A model generated the notes under the pieces. That model searched no databases. It saw only the letters and a list, made by a program, of their open reading frames with translations, and was not told where the DNA came from. Shown here in pieces: positions 20,851 to 33,708 of a stretch of 64,000 nucleotides of DNA; within the stretch, counting starts at the first letter, position 1, and every line of letters begins with the position of its first letter. The translations under genes were made by a program, and so were the position numbers. The stretch spans positions 1,612,001-1,676,000 of the forward strand of contig JBNJNM010000013.1 of assembly GCA_052426225.1 (NCBI GenBank). Direction: 5' to 3'. The stretch is from Zancudomyces culisetae HAW-14-8 (lineage: Eukaryota > Fungi > Kickxellomycota).

Positions 20851-20924
20851 GATTTCTTGGTGTAGATGGTTATCACGTCTGTCTAACACACAGACGGTCG
20901 CCGGTTCGAGTCCGGCAGAAATCA
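20851..20924 (+). tRNA. tRNA-Val (anticodon AAC)
   Basis: Acceptor stem GATTTCT/AGAAATC, anticodon arm TCTGT-CT AAC AC-ACAGA, T-arm GCCGG-TTCGAGT-CCGGC, followed by TTTT. Confidence 0.97.
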
Positions 20925-23900
20925 TGCTTTTAAACGTATTTTAGTTTGTTTTTGTTTGTTATATTGTATTGTAATGTGATATTAAATCATTGTCAAGTAT
21001 ATATTAAGGTAACTTTATTATTATAAGCTTAAATTACTATGGACTATGAAATATGATTTTATCGCTGAGTTGCGATAAAATCTTTTAGCTAGGGTTATAT
21101 ATGAAATTTACTATAACAATTAATGGTGTAGTATCTTATATAATTTATATGTGGTTATTTATAACCAATACTATGTGTCTGAAATTAACTCCATAATATT
21201 GTGAGACAAATATAATCTTATTTATGTGGGGAAAGTGTGGAGATATGTCATTCTGACAATCATTTATACAAATTGTAATTTAATATTAATGAATGTTATT
21301 AATTGATAATATTATATTGTTTTGTTTCAATTCTAATTTAACGCATACAATACTTAGATAGCGAAGAAAACCACCAATTATGCATAGGAGATCAATAATT
21401 ATATACAATATTAATCTAGTTAGGATGTTAGAATGATCAGTTAAAAGAACAAGCTTGGACAACGATAAAGGAAGCCTTTAGCCTTTCTTAACAGATAATA
21501 TTTTACATATACGTTTTTATTTATATATTTATACAGTTAGACTAATACAATATAGATATCTTAGCGTTTTATTATTAATACAACAATGATAGAATATAAT
21601 AAACAATCTAATACGGCTATAAGTACTAGTGAACTGATCCGCGACCTGAGTAAAACTATCATAAATAGAACTTAATCAATCTCAGCCATCACATAGATGA
21701 AAATCATGTTTTAATTTCATTAAAATAACATATTAAATCATTTTTGTTAAGTTTTGGAATAATAGATGTGATATCAATTTTTTGTAAACTTATATTTTAC
21801 TTGTGACGAATAAAATATTAAGCGAAATATATCTAAATTTCGATAATAATCAAACTATGCTATTAGTTAGATCAATGTTTGTCTAATTTTATTTATTGAA
21901 TATACTATTAACACAACCAATTAAAATAAAATTTATTAAAATTGACTTAATTGTCTACACGATTAGTATTTTTTAGTTGTAAAATTAATAATTTTTAAAA
22001 TGATAATTTTTACAATGAACACCTTTGCAATCAATTATATCAAGTTCTAAATCTAAATGTCTACAAGCTAACTATAAACTATCTGTTTATCGTGTTTCAA
22101 GCCACATATTCTCAATTTTTAAATTTCCACAAATTTATTTAATAAACATTATTTAAAGTCGCTTGAGTTGTAGATTTAAGTAACTTTATTATAATTCATA
22201 AAAGTTAAAAATTATAGAAAATACAAACAAATTATTAAGCTTTACAAGATAACTACTGGAACTTTCGAGTTAAATTAAGATGTTGTACCACTTCAATATA
22301 AACATCAGTAGCAAATAGTTTATTAATATAATTATTTAAGTAACTTGCAACCGTGTATACTATTACTAATGAAAATCTTAGGTAACGATAGCTATATGAA
22401 TATCCAATACGAATTCGCATAAATTGAGATTTATGAAAGTCGGGCTCATGTATAGGAGTAATGAACTAATTAACTTTTTTGCTTAACACCAGAATAAACT
22501 AGTATCATTTAATTTATTTATAGAAATAGAAGTAAGTTTATCATAGAATTTATCAAATATCAACATTCGAAAGTTATGTTATTGTTTAAACAATGATAAT
22601 TAAATAATGGCTTTAAACATAAAAACAAAATGAATATTGTAAGTTGTTTGAAAAATAACTTGAAGTGTAATAAATTTAAAACATTGAAAATACCCTACTA
22701 AAGATCAAATAATCTGTTAAAATTTGATTAAAAATGACTAAAATTTTAGCAAATTCATGTCTACTGTACACATTATGAACCTTTACAATTTTGATTTTTC
22801 TGGGTATCTATCTACTAACATTAGGATAAAAATATCCAAAAATTGAAAATTAAATAGCCGAAATCAATTCAGTTTATATTAGTATACTAAAAAAATTACT
22901 TTAACTATATATCTGTAAGATATATCGCCTGGAGGAAATATATTTAAAAAAAACATAATACTAAAAAAAGTTTAAACACCAAATATATGCCAAGATGATA
23001 TCTACCAATACATAACTTCCAAGTTGAGCCAAAAATATTATAATTAGATTCGAACAACAGAAGCAAATACAATCAAATCTACGTAATTAACTCTTCCCTA
23101 GACCCAACACAGCGGAGTGTCATGATTTATCATACCATTTGAAATTACATACACGTGTTGTATTTAATTATTAAAATGCTGCGCAATTTTCTCAAATATC
23201 ATTCTGGGAAATATATTTTTGTTGATTGCGCAGTAGATTAGGTAATTTAGAAACGTGATGAAATTACACATATTGCTGCGCAATTTACATGTTTTACATT
23301 ACTAATCAATTGATGTCAGGAAACTAATATATTTAAGTTGGGAAACTTAATGTTCCCAATTTAGGATTCAAAGGTAATTAAATATGATTAAAAATAATAT
23401 TAAAACTTATGGGTTAATAATTCGATTCTGACACGCGGGTTACTGGTCGTCTCGTTCGGTTTTCGATTCGTTTTACCGTTTATCTCAACTACCTCGTTTC
23501 AATCTGACCGAATTGGTTTTTGATCCTAAATTAATTTACTCGATCTACTATAATCTGCCATGATTCGTACAGATTACCAGCAATCGCAATTCAATCCAGT
23601 TTCCCTGTTTAAATGACTATTGATCTCAATACAATATAGGTTCATCTGCTAAAGATTTCATCTGATCTTGTATCAATCTAGGTTCATCTGTGAAGCTTTA
23701 TTCAATCTTATTCTATCTTACCTTCATTTGTAGATCCTTGGTAGATTTCAAAGTATTTCGAAAGATATTTTATTGCTTTTTATTTTGTACTGCTTTTATT
23801 AATTATTAGTTAGCTAAAGTGAACTCTGAAGGCACATCAACTTATTTTTAAACAAAATACAATTAAGTTTGTTTAATATCATAAAAATCTATCTAAACTT

Positions 23901-26616
23901 GATACAGTTAGTCTTTATATCGTATTTCTAAATGTAGACTTTACTTTTACATGCTCTATATTAGTATGTAATGGTTTGGGGAATTTTTTTGTATTTTTTA
24001 ATTATATAAATATTCTTTTTTAAATCCTATTTAATCACATAATCTGCTGAATACCATTTCCTGTGTTAATTAAAGTTGCCGACAAAAAATAATTCGGGAT
24101 CGCTCTGGCTGCTAATAAAGAATTTTTTTAGTAATTTCAAGTATAATTAACTGAGTACCATTTTCAAACCCAGTCTAGTTTATACTAAATATCAGTAGTA
24201 ATAACATCTCTGATTACTAGTGATAAAGGCTTTAAGAAGTCATACACTTTTTAAATCTTTTATTTTTGGGTCTCATTTTTTGTATGGTTAATGTTGTTTA
24301 TTATAAATTTAAATCAACTAAACACATGCATAACGCACAAAGTTATTTACCATATTGTGCAACAATGGTTTTAAAGTAGTCTTATAGTTTGAAACAAATA
24401 ATAAAATCAGACATTAGGTTCTATATATAATTTTAATTTCTATACTCTTCTTATAATTCCAGTAAACGTGTATAAGTAAAGCCTTAATGGACACTTATTC
24501 ATATAAAAGTCAAAATGTCAAGCCTAAGAAAATAAAGTTATACCTGATTTGTTTGTTGACTGATCAACATTTACAACACCCACTGATTTTTGGATTATTA
24601 ATTTCTTATCCTTCTTATTTATAACACTATCCACAATTCTAAATAGTATTTAGAATTTAGATGCTGCAATAAGACCAATTTTAAATTTATCTTTTCTTCC
24701 ATTCTGACATTAGTTTTTTGAATCACATTAGTTTATTGTAGCAAATATTTTTTATAAAAATAATTTTTATTTGTAAAAGGTAGTAGAGATTTTTTTTGAT
24801 AAAAATAGTAAATCCCCTTTATTCACACCCATAAAATATTTAGACATCATTTGATGATTTTTCCGATTTTCGTTGAATAAGTAACCTTGATTAGTAATAC
24901 TTTCGATTTTGCAGTTTATATATTAATCTTCACTTTATTCTAAATATATATTCACTTCTAATGTATCACTAGTATCAAATTCCAGTGTATTTTTAATCAT
25001 TATTCACAGAATTCAATATCCTTATAATAATACAGCCTATACTTATGATTGTACTCTCTTTGTTTTATCAATGATCTATTCTGAAAAAATCCAACTATAT
25101 TTTATCTATGTTACATAAAGAATAGTGTACACTATCCCATTTCCTGGTATTGAGTTTTAATCACTATTCAAGACAAAACAATTTACTAACTAATATTCAA
25201 TCTGAGTTTCATAGCAGATAGCAGTCTTTTTATACAGCTTTTGTTGTAGCTACTTTCAAATATACCATCAAGTTTATACTGGATACTATTCCATTTTCAA
25301 AGTGGGATAACCAATTATATCTCTGAGTACTTTATATAATATTTTCACAATTCTATTCATTTAAAAACCAATATGAAAAGATATTTGAGTATTTGTTGAG
25401 CGATAGTGATAAACATTTGTCACACCCATCAGCTGCTCTGGACCTGCATCTATAGCTCAAATGTCAGACAACACTATGTTGATCTCATATCCAAGGTGCT
25501 TATATTTAGATCAATCACCTCATTATATGTTGAAAGAAGTGGTATTTGCTTATAATATATCTCTAATTGTACTTCAATAATTTTCCATTGCCAATTCTGT
25601 TCTTATCTTATCTTCTAACTTTAATTTTCCTTTATTTAATATCCTAGTCACATTTTATATCACAAAAATGCAGTTGTTCAAAGTTTTAGAGTGTGGAATA
25701 TTAATCAAAATTCTTTATTCGTTTAATCACATTCTCATATTAATATTCATATGTTGTTGATTGTTTAAGGTACTTTACATATCTCGTCAACACAAGTAAC
25801 GCAGAGATTCTGTGAATATTTAGAATTTTCAGTGAACACATTAACGAGAACGTTGTTTATTCTCAAATTTGAAATATTACTTTATCTTGTTATTTTCTAG
25901 TTTTAAAAATTTAAATAGTAATAAAACTACGCAAGTATTGAACTGTTTATTCACTAACTTGAAGTTTGGGTATTCTACTAGAGTATTGTTTGGTTGATCA
26001 ACTGAAAAGTATTTGATTTCTGTGTACTTATTCAAATCAGTTTACGAATTGGTGTTGATTGATTGAAATATAGTGCCACAATTAGATTCATTCAACCCAA
26101 AACTGTACATTATCAAATACTGAAAGTCCACTAGCTATATCTAATCACAAAGTATATGATATTTTATCACCATTTCTTTACATCTTATAATTAATCAGCT
26201 GATAAGCAACCCAACATAGATAACGGAATTGGTTTTACTGGTTTTGCTTGGTTAAAGAATTAAACGGAATGATTATGACAATTTGGAGATTATTAGCTAT
26301 TGCAAATTTATCCTGAAACAACAAGATTGCGTAAATTATTGGATAAAAAATTAACCAACTTTCTGGCTTAATGTTTCGTTGATGAATGATATCCAATGAT
26401 TTGATATCTTGTGTTATTTTTTCATATTATGTAGTTAATGACCACTTAAATCCATATTTCAAAATTGTGCATATTACACAAAAAAAAAGTTCGGAATTAG
26501 TATAAAATCAAACATTTCTGCCATCTGGGTCATGGTTATCTTGATTGCATTAATTAATATATTAACAAACAAATTTAAGCTTAAATGAAGATAAGAACAG
26601 TACAACTTACGACACT

Positions 26617-29600
26617 ATGGAGACCACAAATTACGGTAACATCCTTTTCAATAAACTTCCAGCAAGTATCCTGTCAACAATATTTGTGCTCGCCCAGAAC
26701 CCTAACATATCTCTCTTGAACAAAAACATGCACTATGCCTCGCAACAGGTGGACACTATTAGTAAGTACATTATTAAATATGTTTTATCAGAAACAGGAG
26801 CTAGTTTCCAATTGAGGTTGAAAAACATATTCGAGAATTACACAAGAATAAGTATGAACGAAACGGTTGGGGCATTGGTTTTGAGAAAAGCCAAGAATTT
26901 GGACTTTAGATTTGTACTAAAGCTGGCATTTAATTATAAATGGAGAAACATGCTAAATAAATTGCTAAAGATGTATGTGGTGATTGATAGAAACACATCA
27001 ACGGTTGTATATAAAGGCACTGTGTTTATGAACAATAGCGAACACCTAGACATAAACACTAGTGGCTTATTCTCAAAAGAAAATGAACCAGAAAGAGAAC
27101 TTGTGGATATCAGAGTATCTGAATCTCTGTTTATTAGACCGCTAATAGTTACGGAAAGGGTGTTGAGATTAATAATGGCTAAAGTGGCTAACGCCTTTCA
27201 AAAAGAGGATGTTGAAGCGTTAATAGACGTATGCAATAGTAAGATTGAGATTCCTCCAGAATTAACAGGGTGTGTTGGGGTAGATGTTGGATTTATTAAT
27301 AGCAAGGCTATTATCTATTATCCATTGAGTATTATACAAAGGTGCTGCAAACTGAATAATCTTGAATTGCTGAAACGGGTTTTAAGTTTAAAGATCAACA
27401 CTAATTTTCCATATCAGGATTTGAAATCACATGAAAGGGAGTTTAATGTGTTAACATCAAGGATACCTACCCATTTTATTGAGGACTACGGATATGAATC
27501 TAACATGGAATTTTTAGCATATTTGACATGTTCATATTATTCAATTTGTTGGGATAGGAACGAATTGATAAAATTCCTTGAGGATAACTGCCCTGATACC
27601 ACATGCTTGCAAATATTGTTTGATGTAGCTATACACCATAGAAAAGATGAATTGGTGAAAAAATACCTTTTCAGCGTCGAGTTAAACTCGGTAAATATAA
27701 GAAAAATAACAGGTTTGGCGTTCAGAAAGGGTAATGTCGATCTCATAAGGGTTCTTTTAGATTTCAGTGATAAACTGAAAGGAGATTTAGATGATAGTGC
27801 ATTAAAAACTGCTATCAAAAAGAAAGAATACAAATTGGCGCAAGAGATTATCAGTAAATATCCAAGTACTGTGAGTATTTCTTGTCTAGAGAAAGCGGTA
27901 AAAAAAGGGGATATCACGATAGCTTTATTAATTATTGAAGCCGGTGTGGATATAAAAACAACTGAGTTTAAAGGGATAAGGATTGCCAGTGAAAACAAAG
28001 ATATGGATATGATACGGTTGTTATTGGAAAATGGTGCCTCGGTTGAGTTGGTGGATCAATTTGTTATTGAAAATCTGCTAGGTATTATGAATTGTGAAAT
28101 AGCAGATCGTCTGTTAGAGCTCTTTGATAAGGATGAAGGAAGCTACCACGTACATGATAAAGTAACCAATGGAACGAAAGTGAGGTTTAATAAAACAATG
28201 ATGTGCCTTATTGAGGTTTGTCACGCCTATCATCAGACTATTTTCGGTAGCAATGTTGAATTTGATGAGTTTCATAAACATTTGGATTTATATGAGAAAG
28301 TTATGGTGATTGCCAACTCAAAAAGAAAAAACATTGCCGAAGCTTTTGATAAAAGTTACAGATCCTTCCACGTTTTAAGTCGAGGATACGAAAAATATGT
28401 AGCTGATTTCTATAATTTCTATGAAATCCTTGTATATGTTATTTTAAATGACCTGGAAGTTACATTCAACGACACTGAATATTATCGGTCTAACGAGTTT
28501 AAAAACGAAAAGAGTATAAAAATTTTCAAGGGTACACCTTACGAACTTGCAAAATCTGAATTGGTCAATCGAAACTTTGAAAACATAAAGTTATTAATAG
28601 ATTATGGAATAAATATTAATTGTGGTAATAGTCTGATATTGCGAACAGCATACAAAGCAGGTGAAATTGGTTGGATTAATTACTTTATTACTAAAGGTGC
28701 AAAATTGGAAGGAGAATCGAATGGGTTTGAAGAGGCATGTAAATCAAATAAAACAGATGTGTTGGAACACTGGATAAGAAGTGGAGGTGTGGTACCCAAG
28801 AATCCGGAATATCCTTGCATTAACATGGCGTGTTTACTGGGTAACTTTGATATGATTAAACTGTTGGTAGAAAATGGAGTTGATTTAAGTGATCCAAAAC
28901 GGAATGGAGTCAGAATCGCATGTAGATTGGGATTCAATAAAAAGTTAGAATATCTCTTGGAACACAATGCTGTGTTAGGAAGGGTTTGTAGATATCAATT
29001 AGAGTATGTGTGTTTGGTTGAAGATATTGAGTCGGTAAAAATGATACTTGATCATTATGATGGTTTAGGAGTATTAGAAAAAAGGGAAAATATGGATAGG
29101 AAGGATAGGAAAATAAAGAATGATTCATTTTTGAGTCATGAAATCACTGGTAATTCCGATAGATACAAGATTACCAAAGCCTTGCTCGAAAGGGGTGAAT
29201 CTATTCAGAATGATGATTTGATAGATGGGATAAAGGCAGCAGTTGCAGCATCCAATATAGAAATCCTAAAATTGCTGCTAGCTTACAAAATCAACCATTC
29301 TAATGGTTCTGAAATAATGGAGGCTGCTGTACAATCAGAAAACATCGAAGTCATAAAACTTCTTTTGAAGAATGGATTAAGTGTTTATGGCAACACTAAA
29401 ATTCTAAATGTAGCATTTATGACAAAGAACACCGAAAATATCAGGTTTTTGTTGGAGAATGGTGCAAAGATATCTGGAGATTCACTTTATTTAAAGCATG
29501 TTGATTTAGACGACATTGAAACTCTACAATTAATATTAAATTATTGTCCTGACGTTTGTGGCACTTCATTCTTGCTTCAGGCTGCTATTGACAAAAACAA

Positions 29601-30027
29601 TCTAGAGGCAGTTAAATTGCTATTGAAAAACACCGTCTCTTTAAAAAATAATGAATACAATTACGTTCTCTGGGCATGTAGGATCAACAACTTGGAGATT
29701 TTGAAAATGCTTTTTGCGAAGGGTGCAAAAATAAGAGATGGATGCGAAAGTGGAGTGATGCAGGCTTGCGAAAGTAATAATCTGGAAATGTTGATGCTTT
29801 TGTTTGAAAGAAGCCCAAATCTGGTGCTAAACAGGGATTTTGGAATTAAGCAAGCAGTTCGCCACAAAAATTTAGAAATGATCAAGTTATTGATTAAGCA
29901 TGGTGCCAATTTAGACTCATATGTTAAATCTATAATGAGAATTGCTATTGACACTAATGACCATAAATTGATAAAGTTTTGTCAATGTAGAATGCTGGTA
30001 GTTGATAAGAAATTGACTAGTTTTTGA
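26617..30027 (+). CDS. Large intronless ankyrin-repeat protein with an F-box-like N-terminus
   Basis: Many ankyrin-type repeats (A...G..D.IKLLVENGVD, LEMIKLLIKHGAN, IRLLLENGAS). N-terminal LFNKLPASILSTIF..AQNPNISLLNK resembles an F-box start. Confidence 0.9.
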   Translation: METTNYGNILFNKLPASILSTIFVLAQNPNISLLNKNMHYASQQVDTISKYIIKYVLSETGASFQLRLKNIFENYTRISMNETVGALVLRKAKNLDFRFVLKLAFNYKWRNMLNKLLKMYVVIDRNTSTVVYKGTVFMNNSEHLDINTSGLFSKENEPERELVDIRVSESLFIRPLIVTERVLRLIMAKVANAFQKEDVEALIDVCNSKIEIPPELTGCVGVDVGFINSKAIIYYPLSIIQRCCKLNNLELLKRVLSLKINTNFPYQDLKSHEREFNVLTSRIPTHFIEDYGYESNMEFLAYLTCSYYSICWDRNELIKFLEDNCPDTTCLQILFDVAIHHRKDELVKKYLFSVELNSVNIRKITGLAFRKGNVDLIRVLLDFSDKLKGDLDDSALKTAIKKKEYKLAQEIISKYPSTVSISCLEKAVKKGDITIALLIIEAGVDIKTTEFKGIRIASENKDMDMIRLLLENGASVELVDQFVIENLLGIMNCEIADRLLELFDKDEGSYHVHDKVTNGTKVRFNKTMMCLIEVCHAYHQTIFGSNVEFDEFHKHLDLYEKVMVIANSKRKNIAEAFDKSYRSFHVLSRGYEKYVADFYNFYEILVYVILNDLEVTFNDTEYYRSNEFKNEKSIKIFKGTPYELAKSELVNRNFENIKLLIDYGININCGNSLILRTAYKAGEIGWINYFITKGAKLEGESNGFEEACKSNKTDVLEHWIRSGGVVPKNPEYPCINMACLLGNFDMIKLLVENGVDLSDPKRNGVRIACRLGFNKKLEYLLEHNAVLGRVCRYQLEYVCLVEDIESVKMILDHYDGLGVLEKRENMDRKDRKIKNDSFLSHEITGNSDRYKITKALLERGESIQNDDLIDGIKAAVAASNIEILKLLLAYKINHSNGSEIMEAAVQSENIEVIKLLLKNGLSVYGNTKILNVAFMTKNTENIRFLLENGAKISGDSLYLKHVDLDDIETLQLILNYCPDVCGTSFLLQAAIDKNNLEAVKLLLKNTVSLKNNEYNYVLWACRINNLEILKMLFAKGAKIRDGCESGVMQACESNNLEMLMLLFERSPNLVLNRDFGIKQAVRHKNLEMIKLLIKHGANLDSYVKSIMRIAIDTNDHKLIKFCQCRMLVVDKKLTSF

Positions 30028-33000
30028 TCTCCACCCTTTCATTGAGACTTTTTCCCTATAGTAATTACTACATGGGTTTGTAAGCCTGAAATGGGATTTT
30101 ATTGTTCCATCGATCATTAACTAGTTGTTTTATTCAGCACATTTGCAATTGAACGTACACTTTTCAAATGCAAGCCCGATGTAACTCTGCTCAAAAAACG
30201 TATTTGGAACTACACTTTCCAGAAAATATATAGGATCAGAAGGATTAGAACCAGATAAATGACGATTTTTTCTAGTAGAATTCCATCATATTTTTGATAT
30301 TTATTTAATCGATTTATCGAGGAAAATCTGTTAGTGTTAGATGATGTATACTCTGAAATATACATTATAATAGGCTAACTCGGTATATCCTAGATTATTC
30401 AGACACCCTTAAGACATTTGTCTATACTAAGATGCATTAGGACTTTTATATGTAGTGTTCATTTGTTAATACACACCGGGATTAAGATTTTACAAGAAAA
30501 AACCATTTACTATCTAATCTAGTTAATTAGATACTCTAATAATTCTAGGATATAGCTTGACACTTTTTTATGGAAGATAGAAATACCATAATTACAATAG
30601 TGATATATCCAATATTTCCGACTCAATTATTGTTGTAAAATGCTTTACTCGTTATAACTATTCTTTAGATTTGCGGATGTTTATGTTTTCTTGGAGAAAA
30701 TGAGTAAGAGCACATGTAAAGATTCTTTTAGAAATGTTCAAGTTGCTATATCATTCTTTTGCTAGTATTATGTTGCGTATAAGGACTATTTTTAACAATC
30801 AACAGCTAATCAGTTATAATAAATTTAGGTAACTATATTATACCAATACTAATATCACTGATTTGGTAACACTGTACATAACGATGTTTGTAATGTCAGA
30901 TAATAAAATAGATATTTTACGAACCAAATTAAGCGAGCCAATTAAACTGATGCCCGGTGTTGCCTGTTGTCACTTTAAATTCTTTTGAACTTGTTACGTG
31001 CAGGAGTGTGAATAGAATATTTGTATGTTAGAATTGGAATAATATCAGTGTTTTCATTATTTCAGTATTGTCATAGTTTAGAATTTTATAAGTATCTTTT
31101 CTAGAAATATAAAAATACTTATTCTACATTTCTGATCAAGTATTCACTTATTTCTTTGATAATGCATATTCTATTAAACTTCAGACTAAAATATGACTAT
31201 TCACAATCTAGTGTTGTTTATAATTTTTAATTGACTTGCACAGAAATACCTTGATCAAAATTTTAATTATAAAGAAAATTAGAAAACTTTAAAAGCACCA
31301 TTTCAAAATTAATAAGATCTTCATTCCATAATGGTCGTTTTGTTGGTGCAATAATAAAACTACCTATACATTAGAATAAAGTAATAAAAGACCTGTAGGG
31401 AAACTAACCTTCCGACAATCAATTATGCCTATCTTATCCAGATACAATAATGCGTGTAACCAATCTTTATTCTAAATCGGAATTCCTTTCTAAATATTCG
31501 ATTTTATCAATTAACTCATTACCATTAATTAAGGTAAAGAACTAAATTGATAACAGAGTGCACAAAGTTTAAAAACTTTATACGTAATGATGTATGTAAT
31601 GACCCCTTGAATCAACGCCCGGTGGGTTTGGAGTCCCTAAAGGGACGGAGGGGAATTGGTTAGGTAGATATTTTATCGGATTATTTTTTTTGTAATTTTA
31701 TGTTTTATTTATTTAATAAACTCATCTAACATAAAAAAGTATGTGATGACTGACACGACAGTAAATGTCTTTTAAAGTATATAAAACTAAATTTGCTTGC
31801 TTAAACCATATATAAAACGATGTCACCTGTTTCCTGTTGCATCCTTATCATCGCTTGAGCTAGGTTTGGGTGGGAATTGGGTGGGACATGATTTTATCTG
31901 GATGTTCGCAGAATAATATTAAGTCTTCATTTCATTCAACTAAACATATTAAATAATACGCTAATAGGTCCTAGTTATTTTCAAAATGACGTATATTTTA
32001 TGGCATTTTATGGGATATTTGATCTAATATATTTATGCTAATTATTTTTTCTTTAAATTCCATTTATAATCAAATATACGAGAATCAAAAATTCCTTTTT
32101 GTTTTCAGAGCGAGAACTGAGGCTGCACTATCAGAAAAAAACTACAACGCATTTCAACTATTCTTGAGATGGAAAGAATACATGCGGATGTACTACAAAG
32201 TATACAACAAAAACAATGATGAGGAGAAAAACCTGTTTGAATTTGAACCTGATTGACCAAAAAAAATAATGTCACTCCAACATTTTATAAATCTCCTAAC
32301 TATCTTTAATTTTTTCAACAACTTTCCATCAACAATCTCCTCAAACACAAACAATAATAATAATAACCACAGATCCTCAAAACGAATTTTCTATCTACCC
32401 AGAATAACTCAACTATTTCCAGGATACATTCCTTATGAACAGATTTATCATTTAGTTACACTTACTAGACTAGTATTTCTTTCAATTTGATTTTTTTGTT
32501 CAGGATTCTAATAAACTTTATCTAAAATTAATTGACATGATACATCAATACGTTTACACAGCTAGAATTTAGTCTAAAAAGAGTTAACCAAGTTGAAATT
32601 ATACCTACGAACACTTAATTTAAATAATTCTTCAATCTCAATCTCTCCTCTCCTTCCTCAGAGACATTTTTCTTCTAAAGATAATGTATCCAAAAATCTG
32701 TTTATTCCCCAACGCTTTATGCTTAGTACTTTGGTTATTCGTTTTCATAATTAAAAATTTAACATAAAATATAGATCTGTTATGTTATTCACTATTTGTG
32801 TTTATTGTGGTAAAGAAATATACAAGAAAAAAAGTCACTGTTTCTAGGTTGAAATTGGAGTGGTTTTTATACACAAATTGTGGAATCAATTTATTTCAGT
32901 AAAAACTATGAAAAACGGTTAAGTAAATAAAGTTTATAATTATAAACATAGAAAAGTAATGACAATTGTAGTTGGATTGACAAAACCGTCTCCGGAGAAA

Positions 33001-33063
33001 AGTCAATCGCTACATTGTGGAAATTATTGCGGCTCAAAGTATTTAGATCAAGATTTATATAGA

Positions 33064-33708
33064 TTACTGTTTTATCAAGAGAGGGTCGGGTTTTAAATCT
33101 GGCAACGTACGTTCTGAGGAGTTAATAGTGTCACCTTCAACCTTTTTGCAAGCGACATAAAGATAGTAATAGCAATCTTTATCATAATACGATTTCCTAA
33201 ACTCGCCATCCTTTAAATCAAATGCAGAGGCTGAAATCACACAGAAATCTGTCGCCTCGCAAACCCTGTACTCAACAAAATCATTGCGGGCCCCTACTGC
33301 ACGTATACCACACCCACTGGCAACTTCAGTATGTGGATATTTGCAGCCCTCTTTTTTGAATATAAAATTAGAATTAAATCTAGTTCTAACAAATGGTTTG
33401 ACTCTATCCGTAACCTCTTCTGAATTGGTGACAGGGTTTGTGAACGTGCAAACCTCCCTTGCAATTATGTTTTCATAGTGCCTTATTGGCAAATCTTCAT
33501 CGGAGTAAACTCCTTGTATATAGTGGGTAATACTTGGATTATCCCTGAACAACCCAAGCTCGTCAATCGCCTTTGCAGCACCCTCGACGTCTCTGTATTG
33601 ATGGCAACCTCCCTCCTTTTTTTCAACTCTGATGGTTCTTCTAATACGACAGAATACACTGCTCATAATATACATAAGTGTAATAAGGGCCGATGTCACT
33701 ACCTTCAT
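33064..33708 (-). CDS. Small secreted Cys-rich protein (effector-like), unknown family
   Basis: Hydrophobic signal MKVVTSALITLMYIMSSVFC, 8 further Cys, intronless, TATAAA upstream. Confidence 0.8.
   Translation of the reverse strand: MKVVTSALITLMYIMSSVFCRIRRTIRVEKKEGGCHQYRDVEGAAKAIDELGLFRDNPSITHYIQGVYSDEDLPIRHYENIIAREVCTFTNPVTNSEEVTDRVKPFVRTRFNSNFIFKKEGCKYPHTEVASGCGIRAVGARNDFVEYRVCEATDFCVISASAFDLKDGEFRKSYYDKDCYYYLYVACKKVEGDTINSSERTLPDLKPDPLLIKQ

Noticed and set aside
23429-23839. Solo LTR (TGACA... with internal AGGTTCATCTG repeats)
   Set aside because: No matching terminus, TSD or second copy visible
27537-29954. Antisense ORFs within the ankyrin, NUG1, bHLH, trypsin and other genes
   Set aside because: Shadow frames of real genes with no independent motifs
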